DNA of 63,851 bases, counting the filler, from Actinomycetota bacterium (GTDB taxonomy: Bacteria; Actinomycetota; Actinomycetes; JAKEEW01), in NCBI GenBank assembly GCA_046725875.1. It is 4 parts of 4 records of this genome, joined end to end, with 100 filler letters (N's around TTAATTAATTAA, not from the genome) between each part and the next. Parts side by side here need not be neighbours in the genome. Positions count along the whole stretch, not along the records: positions 27,570 to 58,338 come from JBKOZJ010000134.1; positions 58,439 to 63,851 come from JBKOZJ010000150.1; 2 more parts are not named here. The stretch is one strand, 5' to 3'. The notes beneath the pieces were generated by a model. It did not search any database, was not told where the DNA came from, and saw nothing but the letters and a program-made list of their open reading frames with translations. Positions 49,975 to 60,020 of this stretch are shown in pieces. The first letter of the stretch is position 1; each line of letters opens with the position of its first letter. The position numbers and the translations under genes are program-made.

Positions 49975-50177
49975 CGTGCCTCCGCTTTCCCAAGATCTGT
50001 CGACCGGTTGCCGCTCTTCCATCTCAATCTCCATCTCAATCGTTCCACGCGGTCCGTTCTGCCCCGGTCAAGTGGAACGTTCGGCGTCCCCCTCGCCTCG
50101 AAGAGCGGGGCGCCGTACCGTCGGCACGCATTGCATGATCGTCGAGTCGGCCGTCGGTGGCGAGCAGGGAGTTTCAT

Positions 50178-51287
50178 TTGCATGTGTTGATCGCCCCGGA
50201 CAAGTTCGCCGGGACACTGACCGCCGCCGCGGCGGCCGAGGCGATCGCCGCGGGCTGGCGGCGGGCAGCGCCGCGCGACACCGTCGAACTGCTGCCGCTT
50301 GCCGACGGCGGTCCCGGATTCCTCGATGTGATCAGCAGTGCGATCCCTGGCCGTACACAAGAAGTCCGAGTGACTGGCCCACTCCAGGAGCCGGTCACCG
50401 CGCGGGTCCACATGGCCCGGGACACGGCCTACATCGAGGCGGCGGAAGCCTGCGGGCTCCATCTCGTCCCACCGGAGCGGCGGGATCCGGAGCGGACCAC
50501 CAGCTATGGCGTAGGTGAGCTTCTCGCTTCGGCGCTGGAGGCGGGGGCGGGGCCGGTCGTCGTCGGCCTGGGCGGGTCCGCGACCAACGACGCCGGTGCC
50601 GGCCTGCTCGCCGCCCTTGGTGCCGAGCCTAGGGACGCGCTCCGCCGCGGCGGCAGGGGGCTAATGAGACTCGTGGAGGATGGGCGACGGGTTGTGGACG
50701 TCGGGCCAGCGCGCCGGCGGCTGTCCGGGGTCGAGCTGGTGATCGCGTCGGACGTGGACAACCCGTTGCACGGGCCGCGTGGTGCGACGGTCACCTTCGG
50801 TCCGCAGAAGGGCGTCACGCGGGAGCAGGTCGACCGGCTGGATGCCGCGATCAAGGGGTTCGCTCAGCTTGTTGACTGGCGGCCGGCGAACCAGCCGGGC
50901 GCCGGCGCCGCCGGGGGACTCGGCTATGCGCTGCTGCTCATCGGCGGGCGGCGGATGCCTGGGGCGCAGGTCGTACTGGATGCCGTCGGAGCGTTCGATC
51001 GCGCCCGTCGCGCGGATCTCGTCCTCGCTGGGGAGGGGTCGCTGGACTGGCAGTCGCTGCGCGGCAAGGTCGTGACCGCGGTCGCCCGGGTCGCCCAGGA
51101 AGCGGCCAAGCCCTGCGTCGTCCTGGCCGGCCAGGTCAAGGTCGGTCGCCGGGAGCTGGGCGCCATGGGCGTCGACGCGGCTTACTCGGCAGCCGACTCC
51201 GTCGGGTCGGTGGAGGCCGCCCTTGCAGACCCAGCCGGCTCGCTGGCCGCGCTCGCCGAGCGGGTCGCCAGGACCTGGTCTCGCTGA
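50178..51287 (+). CDS. glycerate kinase
   Basis: IAPDKFAGTL, PLADGG.G, GLGGSATNDAG, GAAGGLG, GEGSLD.QS..GK. Confidence 0.92.
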   Translation: MHVLIAPDKFAGTLTAAAAAEAIAAGWRRAAPRDTVELLPLADGGPGFLDVISSAIPGRTQEVRVTGPLQEPVTARVHMARDTAYIEAAEACGLHLVPPERRDPERTTSYGVGELLASALEAGAGPVVVGLGGSATNDAGAGLLAALGAEPRDALRRGGRGLMRLVEDGRRVVDVGPARRRLSGVELVIASDVDNPLHGPRGATVTFGPQKGVTREQVDRLDAAIKGFAQLVDWRPANQPGAGAAGGLGYALLLIGGRRMPGAQVVLDAVGAFDRARRADLVLAGEGSLDWQSLRGKVVTAVARVAQEAAKPCVVLAGQVKVGRRELGAMGVDAAYSAADSVGSVEAALADPAGSLAALAERVARTWSR

Positions 51288-51300
51288 CGAGATCTCGTTC

Positions 51301-51392
51301 CGGTTTGATCTGCCAAGCGGCCAAAGCCCTGTGCATGACGTAGCTCCTGCGATTCGCGGGCTCGGGTTCGGTGCGCTTGGCGGATCAAACCG
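51301..51392. repeat. about 92-bp REP/MITE-like element with 19-bp terminal inverted repeats (copy 2)
   Basis: CGGTTTGATCTGCCAAGCG / CGCTTGGCGGATCAAACCG (18/19); homologous to 8601-8691. Confidence 0.75.
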
Positions 51393-51510
51393 CTCGCCGG
51401 CGGGGGGCAGGGCCGAGATCACAAATGTACATGATCTTCGGGGATGCCTACAGGGTGAGTCACGGTGTGGTCGGTTAGCGAGATCGCGGGCCGCGTGCGA
51501 CGATAGGAGC

Positions 51511-51536
51511 GGAATGCAACCGAGCCGCGAGGCGTT
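51511..51536 (+). promoter_or_regulatory. SigR/SigH-type ECF promoter of the A-type Fe-S carrier gene
   Basis: GGAAT-N18-GTT, 45 nt upstream of the ATG. Confidence 0.65.
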
Positions 51537-51581
51537 AGGCGGCCTGCGCGGAGCGATTGTCCAGGACCCAGGAGCGATCAC

Positions 51582-51935
51582 ATGACTGTCCAGCCCGAGA
51601 CGACCACCCAGAGCGGCGTCATCCTCACCGGCACGGCCGCCGCCAAGGTGAAGAGCCTGCTCGAACAGGAGGGGCGTGACGATCTCAGGCTGCGGGTTGC
51701 CGTCCAGCCCGGCGGCTGCTCTGGTCTGCGCTACCAGCTCTTCTTCGATGAGCGCGAGCTCGAGGGCGACCTGACCGGCCAGTTCGGCGGCGTCGAGGTC
51801 GTCACCGACCGGATGAGCGCGCCCTACCTCACCGGTGCGACGATTGATTTCGTCGACACGATCGAGGCGCAGGGCTTCACGATCGACAACCCCAACGCCA
51901 CCGGCTCCTGCGCCTGCGGCGACTCCTTCCACTAG
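51582..51935 (+). CDS. erpA: A-type iron-sulfur cluster insertion protein (ErpA/IscA/HesB)
   Basis: GGCSG..Y, NPNA..SCACG.SF. Confidence 0.92.
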   Translation: MTVQPETTTQSGVILTGTAAAKVKSLLEQEGRDDLRLRVAVQPGGCSGLRYQLFFDERELEGDLTGQFGGVEVVTDRMSAPYLTGATIDFVDTIEAQGFTIDNPNATGSCACGDSFH

Positions 51936-52072
51936 GCGCGGCGGATAACGTTCCCGCTAGCCGACGCCCGGACGCCGACCGGCTGCGTGTGGCACGGTCG
52001 TTTGCTCAGATCATGGGTCTGACCGGGCGGGCGCAGCGTCACACAGAGCCGGCGACCGCTGACATACCTTGC

Positions 52073-52110
52073 CCGACCACCGTGGAGCTACCACGGTGGT
52101 CGGCTCCGTT
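52073..52110 (+). terminator. hairpin terminator after erpA
   Basis: Perfect 13-bp stem CCGACCACCGTGG / CCACGGTGGTCGG followed by CTCCGTTT. Confidence 0.6.
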
Positions 52111-52182
52111 TCAGGCTGAGCACGCCAGTAAGTAGTGTTAGGGCGCCCCGACCCGCTCGTAGAAACGGATACCGCGACCGCC

Positions 52183-53169
52183 ATGAATATTGCCGTCACG
52201 GGGTCGATCGCCACCGACCACCTGATGCGTTTCGACGGCCGGTTTCGCGACTCGCTCGTCGTGGACCAGCTCGACAAGCTCTCGCTGTCCTTCCTGGTGG
52301 AGGAGCTCGAGGTACGCCGCGGCGGCGTCGCGGCCAACATCTGCTTCGGAATGGGGTGCCTTGGCCTGCAACCGATCCTGGTTGGCGCGGTGGGCAGCGA
52401 CTTCGTCGACTATCGCTCGTGGCTCGAGCGGCACAACGTGGACACGGAGTCCGTCCATGTTTCCGAACTTCGCCACACGGCGCGGTTCATCTGCACCACC
52501 GATGCGGACAACGCCCAGATCGCGTCGTTCTACGCCGGCGCGATGAGCGAGGCACGCGACATCGAGCTGGCGCCGATCGCGCAGCGTCTTGGCGGTCTGG
52601 ACCTCGTTGTCATCAGCGCCAACGACCCCGAGGGCATGCTGCGGCACACCGACGAGTGTCGCGCCCGCGGCTACCCATTCGCCGCCGACCCTTCTCAGCA
52701 GCTCGCCTGGATGGACGGCGCCGGTATCCGGCTGCTCATCGACGGCGCCACGTTCCTGATGACCAACGAGTACGAAGCGGCGCTGACCGAGCAGAAGACT
52801 GGCTGGGGCCCGGGCCAGATCCTGGACCGGGTCGAGACACGAGTGACGACGTTGGGGCCGCAGGGAGTGCGGGTCGAACGCAAGGGCGAGCGACCGATCC
52901 AGGTCGGTTGCCCGGAGGAGCTGCGTAAGGCGGACCCGACCGGCGTAGGCGACGCCTTCCGCGCCGGCTTCCTCGCCGCCGTGGCCTGGGCGCTGCCACT
53001 CGAGCGTTGGGCTCAGGTCGGCAACCTACTTGCCACATATGTGATCGAGACGGTCGGAACCCAGGAGTACGAGTTTGGGCAGGCGCACTTCCTCGAGCGG
53101 ATGGCCAAGGCGTACGGCCACGACGCCGCGGCCGAGGTCGAGCCGCACCTGCGCTGCCTGCGTCCGTGA
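52183..53169 (+). CDS. adoK: PfkB-family kinase, adenosine kinase-like
   Basis: MNIAVTGSIATDHLM.F, ADPSQQLA, NEYE, DPTGVGDAFRAG. Confidence 0.85.
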   Translation: MNIAVTGSIATDHLMRFDGRFRDSLVVDQLDKLSLSFLVEELEVRRGGVAANICFGMGCLGLQPILVGAVGSDFVDYRSWLERHNVDTESVHVSELRHTARFICTTDADNAQIASFYAGAMSEARDIELAPIAQRLGGLDLVVISANDPEGMLRHTDECRARGYPFAADPSQQLAWMDGAGIRLLIDGATFLMTNEYEAALTEQKTGWGPGQILDRVETRVTTLGPQGVRVERKGERPIQVGCPEELRKADPTGVGDAFRAGFLAAVAWALPLERWAQVGNLLATYVIETVGTQEYEFGQAHFLERMAKAYGHDAAAEVEPHLRCLRP

Positions 53170-53215
53170 CTAGTCAGGTCACCGGGCAGCAGGATGGTGA
53201 ATCCGAGGCCTCTTA

Positions 53216-53905
53216 GTGACCGTGAGCAACTTAGTGCCCGTCGAGCCACCACCGACAAGGTGGTTGCTGCCTCCGGCGTCGTCCGCCGACGAGGACGGCT
53301 TGGTCGGCGTGGGCGCCGATCTCGAGCCGGGGACACTCCTCGCTGCATACCGGTCGGGGCTCTTCCCGATGCCGCTCGCCCGGCGGGGGCCGATTGGCTG
53401 GTGGTCGCCTGATCCGCGGGGCATCATTCCGCTCGACCGGCTGCACGTTAGCCACTCGCTGCGGCGGTCGCTTCGCCGCTTCGAGATCCGCGTCGACACG
53501 GCCTTCGCTCACATAGTCGAAGGCTGCGCCGATCCGCGTCGGCCGCACGGCTGGATCACTCAGGAGATGCGCGCGGCGTACCTGCGGCTGCACGAGCTCG
53601 GCTGGGCCCACTCCATCGAGGCGTGGACCCGGGAGGGCCGGCTCGGCGGGGGGTTGTACGGGCTTGCGATCGGCGGGTTCTTTGCCGGCGAGTCCATGTA
53701 CTACCGGGAGCGAGATGCATCCAAGGTCGCCCTAGCGGCCTTGGTGGCCGCGCTCAGTTCGGATGGGGTCAAGGGCCGGTTGCTCGACATCCAGTGGACG
53801 ACGCCGCACCTGCGCACGCTTGGGGCGGTGGACCTGCCGCGCGACGAATACGTCGACTTGCTCGCGGCCGCCCTCCGCCTCCCGCTGCCACCGACGTTCC
53901 GGTAG
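53216..53905 (+). CDS. aat: leucyl/phenylalanyl-tRNA--protein transferase
   Basis: AYRSGLFP, WWSPDPRG, AHSIEAW, GGLYG, GESM, DASKVA. Confidence 0.93.
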   Translation: MTVSNLVPVEPPPTRWLLPPASSADEDGLVGVGADLEPGTLLAAYRSGLFPMPLARRGPIGWWSPDPRGIIPLDRLHVSHSLRRSLRRFEIRVDTAFAHIVEGCADPRRPHGWITQEMRAAYLRLHELGWAHSIEAWTREGRLGGGLYGLAIGGFFAGESMYYRERDASKVALAALVAALSSDGVKGRLLDIQWTTPHLRTLGAVDLPRDEYVDLLAAALRLPLPPTFR

Positions 53906-53958
53906 TCACCTGTGAAGGTGTCCCCTTGCTCCACCAGATCGCCCCTCTACGAGGGGCA

Positions 53959-54216
53959 CTAAGACTGGCGGCGGACGAGGTAGAGGCGACCGCGGGTGGC
54001 GCCTACAGCGGCCGGGTCGCGTTCGCCCACATAATCGTGGTCACGCATCTTGCACCAGGCCGGAATGTCCAGCGCGGCCGCATCGTCGTCACTGAGCACG
54101 CCGACGAGCTCGCCGACGCGAACATTCCGGATGTGCTTGGCAAGCTCGATGACGGGGATCGGGCAGAGCTTTCCGAGCGTGTCGAGCAACAGCGCCGGCT
54201 TGTTTTCCGTACTCAT
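53959..54216 (-). CDS. TusA-family sulfur carrier
   Basis: LDTLGKLCPIP, DDDAA..DIPAWC. Confidence 0.9.
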   Translation of the reverse strand: MSTENKPALLLDTLGKLCPIPVIELAKHIRNVRVGELVGVLSDDDAAALDIPAWCKMRDHDYVGERDPAAVGATRGRLYLVRRQS

Positions 54217-55340
54217 ATGCCTTCAGCACCCACGACCGCCCGCAACCGGGCGACCACATCGGGCACAGCCGCAAGGAAGCGGTCGACGTCCTCCGCGGAG
54301 GTACCGAGCGGCAGGGAAACGCGGACATTTCCGTGGGAAAGCACGCCCATGGCTTCGAGCACGTGGCTTGGCCGCAGCGTGCTCGACGTGCACGACGAAC
54401 CAGAGTTGACCGCGAAACCGAGCCGGTCGAGCTCGGTCACCAGGGCCTCACCATTGACGTAGAGGCAGGAGAAAGTCACAAGGTGCGGCAGCCGATGCAC
54501 CGGGTCGCCGACCACCTCGACGTCGGGAACCACGGCGGCCACGGTCTTCCTGATTCGTTCGACAAGCGCGGAAAGCCGGGCTGCCTCCACTTCCGCTGTC
54601 TCCAGCCGCGCGGCCAGCGCGGCGGCGGCTGCGACGATCGCGGGCACATTCTCAAATCCGGGGACCCGGCCCCGCTCGCGTTCGTCCTGAGGCAGCGGCG
54701 ACCGCCACCGCACCCGCTTTCGGATCGCGAGTACTCCCACGCCGGGCGGGCCACCCCACTTGTGCGCGCTTGCCGCAAGCAGGGACCAATTCGCGGGTAC
54801 GGAGGCCCAGCCGGCACTCTGCGCCGCATCAACGAAGAGCGGTATGTCCCGGTCCGCGCAGCGGATGGCCACCTCTTCGATCGGCTGAACGGTCCCAACC
54901 TCATGGTTGGCCGACTGCAGGCACGCGAGCGCAGTATCCGAGCGGAGCGCGGCGGCAAACGCGTCGGCGTCGACCCGACCTAGCCGGTCAACAGGAACCG
55001 TCGCGATCTCGTCGGCGTGGGCTGCGGCGGCATGCAACACGCTCGAATGTTCGACCGCGCTGACCACGACGTGCGACCCAATTCGGCGGCGGCCGGCCAG
55101 GGCACCCAGGACGGCGAGCTGGCAGGCGAGCGTGCCCGAGCTTGTGAAGTACACCTCGTCAGGTCGGGCGCCGATCGCGCTGGCCACCTGCTCGCGCGCC
55201 GCGTCGAGCGCCAGGCGGGCCCGCCGGCCCGCTCCATAGAGGCGGGACGGGTCCGCCCAGCCCTCCTTCAACGCATTGACGAACGCGTGCTCGGCGGCCG
55301 GGTGAAGCGGTTCGGCCGATGCGGCATCGAGGTAGGTCAC
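54213..55340 (-). CDS. cysteine desulfurase (IscS/NifS-like)
   Basis: YLDAAS, NHEVGTVQP, SAHKWGGP, SGSSCTS; ATGA-coupled to the TusA gene. Confidence 0.9.
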   Translation of the reverse strand: MTYLDAASAEPLHPAAEHAFVNALKEGWADPSRLYGAGRRARLALDAAREQVASAIGARPDEVYFTSSGTLACQLAVLGALAGRRRIGSHVVVSAVEHSSVLHAAAAHADEIATVPVDRLGRVDADAFAAALRSDTALACLQSANHEVGTVQPIEEVAIRCADRDIPLFVDAAQSAGWASVPANWSLLAASAHKWGGPPGVGVLAIRKRVRWRSPLPQDERERGRVPGFENVPAIVAAAAALAARLETAEVEAARLSALVERIRKTVAAVVPDVEVVGDPVHRLPHLVTFSCLYVNGEALVTELDRLGFAVNSGSSCTSSTLRPSHVLEAMGVLSHGNVRVSLPLGTSAEDVDRFLAAVPDVVARLRAVVGAEGI

Positions 55341-55461
55341 AGAGCAAAGTTACTTCTCGCCGTGCGGCTCTCCGGCGCCTTCCGCGGGTGAGGCTGAGCG
55401 GCCCAGCCACCGGTGGGGGGTGCGCGGGGGGTGGTGCCCTTCGGGGGATATGGTTTGCCGC

Positions 55462-56328
55462 GTGAGTCACGACTCGCCAAGAATCCGGGGGGATAAGCCC
55501 CACGGATCCCAGCCGCGTCGGCTCGGCCGAATCGGCCGCGTGGCCCTTGTCGTCGGCGGCGTTCTGGCCACGACAACCGCATGCTCGACCGAGGAGTTCC
55601 GGCGGCTTGGCATGCCCGACCCGGCGACCGAGGAGGCGCCGCGTATCCTGCACCTCTGGCAGGGCTCGTGGATCGCCGCATTCGCGGTCGGCGCCGTGGT
55701 TTGGGGCCTGATCATCTGGTGCGTCATCTTCTACCGGCGCCGCTCCGCCGAGTTGCCACCGCAAGTGCGGTTCAATCTGCCGATCGAGGCGCTCTACACC
55801 GCGGTCCCTTTCATCATCATCTCGGTGCTCTTCTACTTCGTTGCCCGGGACGAGACGAAGCTGCTCGACCTGCCCGACAACCCCGATCAGACCATCAACG
55901 TAGTTGGGCGCCAGTGGAGCTGGTCATTCAACTACCTGGACGAAAATGCGTGGGATGCCGGCACACCAGGCGATCCTCCGACGCTCTACCTGCCCAGGGG
56001 TGAGACGGTGCTCTTCGAGCTGACCTCGCCCGATGTCATTCACTCGTTCTGGGTGCCCAACTTCCTGTTCAAGATGGACGTCATCCCTGGCCGGGTGAAC
56101 AAGTTCGCGATCACCCCGGATCGGGAGGGTCGGTTCACTGGCAGGTGCGCGGAGTTGTGCGGCGTCGACCACGCGAGGATGCTGTTCAATGTCGAGGTTG
56201 TGAATCCGGAGGTGTTCGACCAAAGGATGGCCGAGCTGCGCGCCGCCGGGCAGACGGGGAGCCTGCCCCGTGGCATCACCGAACCCGACCCCGGCTCGCA
56301 ACGTGTCCCGCCCGGAGGCGAGCAGTGA
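55462..56328 (+). CDS. ctaC: cytochrome c oxidase subunit II
   Basis: Lipobox Cys, two TMs, CuA motif HSFW...[12 protein letters not shown]. Confidence 0.95.
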   Translation: MSHDSPRIRGDKPHGSQPRRLGRIGRVALVVGGVLATTTACSTEEFRRLGMPDPATEEAPRILHLWQGSWIAAFAVGAVVWGLIIWCVIFYRRRSAELPPQVRFNLPIEALYTAVPFIIISVLFYFVARDETKLLDLPDNPDQTINVVGRQWSWSFNYLDENAWDAGTPGDPPTLYLPRGETVLFELTSPDVIHSFWVPNFLFKMDVIPGRVNKFAITPDREGRFTGRCAELCGVDHARMLFNVEVVNPEVFDQRMAELRAAGQTGSLPRGITEPDPGSQRVPPGGEQ

Positions 56329-58043
56329 CCGCGATCCAGCCCGCACCCACCACGATCGCCACCGTCCAGCGCCGGCGGGCGCGACGGCCCGGCGCCGCGA
56401 TCGTCCGCTGGGCGACGACCACCGACCACAAGGTCATCGGCTACCTCTACCTCACGACGTCGTTCGGGTTCTTTCTCGTCGCCGGCGTGATGGCCTTGAT
56501 CATGCGGGCCGAGCTGGCCCGGCCGGGCAGCCAGCTGGTGACGAACGAGCAGTACAACCAGCTCTTCACGATCCACGGCACGATCATGCTGCTGCTCTTC
56601 GCGACGCCGCTCTTCGTCGGCTTCACGAACGTGATCATGCCGCTGCAGATCGGCTCGCCGGATGTCGCGTTCCCGCGGCTGAACATGCTCAGCTACTGGC
56701 TCTTCCTGTTCGGGGGGCTGATCGTCGTCAGTGCGTTCTTCACACCGGAGGGCGCGGCGTCCTTCGGTTGGTTCGCCTACGCTCCGCTGAACGACGCGAT
56801 CCGCTCTCCGGGCGTCGGCTCGGATATGTGGATCATGGGTCTGGCTTTGTCTGGGTTCGGGACCATTCTCAGCGCGGTCAACTTCATCACAACGGTTATC
56901 TGCATGCGCGCACCCGGCATGACCATGTTCCGGATGCCGGTCTTCACATGGAACATCCTGCTGACCAGCGTGCTGGTACTGATGGCCTTCCCGGTCCTGG
57001 CCGCCGCCCTGCTCGCGTTGGAGGCCGATCGGAAGCTCGGGGCGCACATCTTCGACGCGGCCAACGGGGGTGCACTCCTCTGGCAGCACCTGTTCTGGTT
57101 CTTCGGCCACCCGGAGGTCTACATCATCGCGTTGCCGTTCTTCGGCATCGTCACCGAGATCCTCCCGGTCTTCAGCCGCAAGCCGCTGTTCGGCTACAAG
57201 GGTCTCGTCTTCGCCACGATCGCCATCGCCGGCCTGTCGATGACGGTCTGGGCACACCACATGTTCGTCACCGGCGCAGTGCTGTTGCCGTTCTTCTCGT
57301 TCATGACGTTCCTGATCGCGGTGCCGACCGGCGTCAAGTTCTTCAACTGGATCGGCACGATGTGGCGTGGCTCGCTGAGCTTCGAGACGCCGATGCTGTG
57401 GGCCTTGGGGTTCCTGGTCACGTTCCTGTTCGGCGGCCTGACCGGCATCATCCTGGCCGCGCCGCCACTGGACTTCCACGTCTCGGACACCTACTTCGTC
57501 GTCGCCCACTTCCACTACGTGGTCTTCGGCACGGTCGCCTTCGCGATGTTCGGCGGCTTCTACTTCTGGTGGCCGAAAATGACCGGGAAGATGCTCGACG
57601 AGCGGCTCGGGAAGATCCACTTCTGGGCGCTGTTCATCGGCTTCCACACCACCTTCCTCATACAGCACTGGCTGGGCGTCATAGGCATGCCGCGCCGGAT
57701 TTCCGACTATCTCGCCAGCGACGGCTTCACCACGCTGAACACGGTCTCCACCATCGGAGCGTTCCTACTCGGCCTCTCGACGCTGCCGTTCATCTGGAAT
57801 GTCTATAAGACCGCCAAGCACGCGCCCAAGGTCGAGGCGGACGACCCGTGGGGCTTCGGCCGCTCTCTCGAGTGGGCGACCTCGTGCCCGCCGCCCCGGC
57901 ACAACTTCGTGTCCATGCCGCGCATCCGTTCGGAGGCGCCCGCCTTCAATCTGCACTATCCAGATGTAGACACAGGTTATGAGCCACTGCCCGAGCGCTC
58001 GGTCATGCAGAATGTCTACGGCGACGCCGACCGCGGGGAGTAG
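56325..58043 (+). CDS. ctaD: cytochrome c oxidase subunit I
   Basis: [31 protein letters not shown]. Confidence 0.97.
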   Translation: MTAIQPAPTTIATVQRRRARRPGAAIVRWATTTDHKVIGYLYLTTSFGFFLVAGVMALIMRAELARPGSQLVTNEQYNQLFTIHGTIMLLLFATPLFVGFTNVIMPLQIGSPDVAFPRLNMLSYWLFLFGGLIVVSAFFTPEGAASFGWFAYAPLNDAIRSPGVGSDMWIMGLALSGFGTILSAVNFITTVICMRAPGMTMFRMPVFTWNILLTSVLVLMAFPVLAAALLALEADRKLGAHIFDAANGGALLWQHLFWFFGHPEVYIIALPFFGIVTEILPVFSRKPLFGYKGLVFATIAIAGLSMTVWAHHMFVTGAVLLPFFSFMTFLIAVPTGVKFFNWIGTMWRGSLSFETPMLWALGFLVTFLFGGLTGIILAAPPLDFHVSDTYFVVAHFHYVVFGTVAFAMFGGFYFWWPKMTGKMLDERLGKIHFWALFIGFHTTFLIQHWLGVIGMPRRISDYLASDGFTTLNTVSTIGAFLLGLSTLPFIWNVYKTAKHAPKVEADDPWGFGRSLEWATSCPPPRHNFVSMPRIRSEAPAFNLHYPDVDTGYEPLPERSVMQNVYGDADRGE

Positions 58044-58045
58044 CG

Positions 58046-58338
58046 GTGAAGGTCGAGGGTTACCTGTTCGCTCTGCTGGCGGTCTTCTTCATTCCGGTCA
58101 CCGCGGTCTACTGGTATTACTCGGAGGATCCGACCGGCACCACGGCGCTGGTGGTGACGTTCGGATTGTGCTTTCTCATCGCGTTCTACCTGCTGTTCAC
58201 GGCTCGCCGGATCGGCCCACGGCCCGAGGACAACGTGAGAGCGGATATTGCCGACGGGGCCGGCGACCTAGGGTTCTTCTCGCCCTATAGCTGGTGGCCG
58301 CTCGCCGTCGCGGGTGGCGCGGCCATCGCCTTTCTTGG
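58046..58338 (+). CDS. ctaF: cytochrome c oxidase subunit 4 (3' partial)
   Basis: MKVEG..F...RPED...I.DGAG.LGFFSP.SWWP. Confidence 0.9.
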
Positions 58339-58438
58339 NNNNNNNNNNNNNNNNNNNNNNNNNNNNNNNNNNNNNNNNNNNNTTAATTAATTAANNNNNN
58401 NNNNNNNNNNNNNNNNNNNNNNNNNNNNNNNNNNNNNN
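58339..58438. other. artificial contig-join linker
   Basis: 44 N + TTAATTAATTAA + 44 N. Confidence 0.97.
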
Positions 58439-58440
58439 GC

Positions 58441-58587
58441 CCCGACTGCATGATGCTCTTCGTCGACCGCTCGCGGGCCGGACGCCGCCGGTGGTGCACG
58501 ATGAGCTACTGCGGAAACAAAACGAAGACGGCTGCATACCGGCGGCGGACAAAACAAAGGATCGCGCCACGGTCGAGTCCGGCATAA
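58441..58587 (+). CDS. CGNR zinc-finger protein, C-terminus (5' partial; absent from the ORF track)
   Basis: Hand translation PDCMMLFVDRSRAGRRRWCTMSYCGNKTKTAAYRRR. Confidence 0.85.
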   Translation, partial: PDCMMLFVDRSRAGRRRWCTMSYCGNKTKTAAYRRRTKQRIAPRSSPA

Positions 58588-58711
58588 CCTCCCAGTACCG
58601 CCTGCTCCTGCACCGTAAACCGAGCTATTGAGGGCGTTCGACAGAGGGCCTGGCTGGGATCCTCGGGAACGTGCACACCACCGAAGGCTCCCGCGTTTCG
58701 TCGATCAGCGC

Positions 58712-58902
58712 CGCGGCTCCTTCCTGTCGCTCTTGCTGCCCGGCGTTGTCTTCTGCGCGATGACGTTCAGTTGGCTGACCGCTTACGCGACAGCCGTCGC
58801 TAGGGTGGGCGGTTGCTCCGCCGGCCGAGAATTCGTCGTCTATTTAACGCGATCACCGGGCCGGCCCTCGTTGTGCTGGGCTTGCGCGTGGCGACCGAGT
58901 AG
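58712..58902 (+). pseudogene. LysE-family exporter C-terminal remnant with frameshift
   Basis: SFLSLLLPGVVFCAMTFSWLTAYATAVARVG, frameshift near 58811, then [29 protein letters not shown]. Confidence 0.7.
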
Positions 58903-59317
58903 CGGTGCACCAACAAGAACGCAGTCATGCTGCTCCCGACCTTGAAGCTGAAGCCGAGCCGCACTGGTCCCGCGCTTCGGCCCGCCGCCGCTTCTTGAAC
59001 CGGACGACTGTACGACAGCTGTTGACCAGGTGTTGTTGGCTCTGGCTGATATCACGCCTTCAGCGTTCCTCTTACAGCGAGACCGTTTAGGCAGGGGAGC
59101 ATGGGCAGGATGATCTCCGTGTCAGCGGACCGCCCGAACAGAAGATCGTCAGTTAGACGCGGCCGGCACAGGCGAGTGACTCGGTCCACGGCCTCCACTC
59201 ATGGTCGCTGACACAGCGGTCGCTGAGCCGCTATGCAACGCGCGCTCCTTCGCGTGATCCTCTCGGGTCGGCAGGCACGCATGATGGTCGTGGCTTGTAG
59301 AACGTCCCTTGCCACAC

Positions 59318-59366
59318 ATGCCCTCCAGAGCCGTGTGTGGGTGTTCAAATCGCCCCGCGGGGGTGC
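59318..59366 (+). other. degenerate tRNA 3' half (att-site-like scar, resembles tRNA-Arg CCG)
   Basis: Anticodon-like arm ATGCC-CTCCAGA-GCCGT, T-arm GGGTG-TTCAAAT-CGCCC, acceptor-like GGGGGTGC; no D arm or 5' half. Confidence 0.55.
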
Positions 59367-59522
59367 TGCGCCTGACCAGTCAAAGCGTGCTTCACCGTGA
59401 TCGTCAACCACGCTAGATCGGCTCCTGCTTGGCCCGGCGTGCGGTCCTCACAAGCCCCAACGAAGTAGCCGACCCGGGCGGCCCCAGCGCAGCCGCGAGC
59501 CCAAGGAGAAAGACGCCGAGCC

Positions 59523-60020
59523 GGCTGCGAACCGGATGAACGATGACTTGGGCCGCTTGGTCGGCTCGGGGACGACCAGCCCAGTGCGGGTCAGATGCCG
59601 GGCGACGGTTGCCCGGGAGACGGTGATCTCGTGGTGGTGGGCCAAGTGCCACACGTTGGTGTCTGGGCCGGCGTCCAGGCCGGTCGCGGTGAGCTTCTCG
59701 CGCAGCTCGACGATGAGGTCCAGCACCTCCGCGGCGGTCGCCTTGGGGTTGGACCTTGGCCGCCGCGAGCGGGGCTGAAAGACCGCCTCCCCCTCGCGGC
59801 GGTAGCGGGCGAGCAGTCCGTACAGCCAGGACTTGGAGACGCCATATGCGCTGGCGACTTCACGGACAGGACGCTTCTCGACCGCCACGGTGGTGATCAG
59901 CAAACGGGTAAGTGACATGCCTCGCAGGTTGGAAGCCCGCCACGGCCGAGTCCGGGATCTCCGGAGACATCAGTCCGGCGTGTCGTGAGACACCGGTCCG
60001 GGATGTCCTGAACCCCGACA
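59523..60020 (-). mobile_element. truncated IS481-family element (one end plus N-terminal transposase)
   Basis: ORF from 59918: HTH VASAYGVSKSW, PRSRRP, KRPKSSFIRF, breaking off before the DDE domain; TGT end at 60020 with three 23-bp-period subterminal repeats. Confidence 0.82.

Noticed and set aside
50035..50160. NAD+ riboswitch upstream of nadA
   Set aside because: No recognisable tandem aptamer pattern; that class is known mainly from Acidobacteria.
59318..59366. Functional tRNA-Trp(CCA)
   Set aside because: No D arm or 5' acceptor strand, and a mismatched anticodon stem; treated as an att-like fragment.
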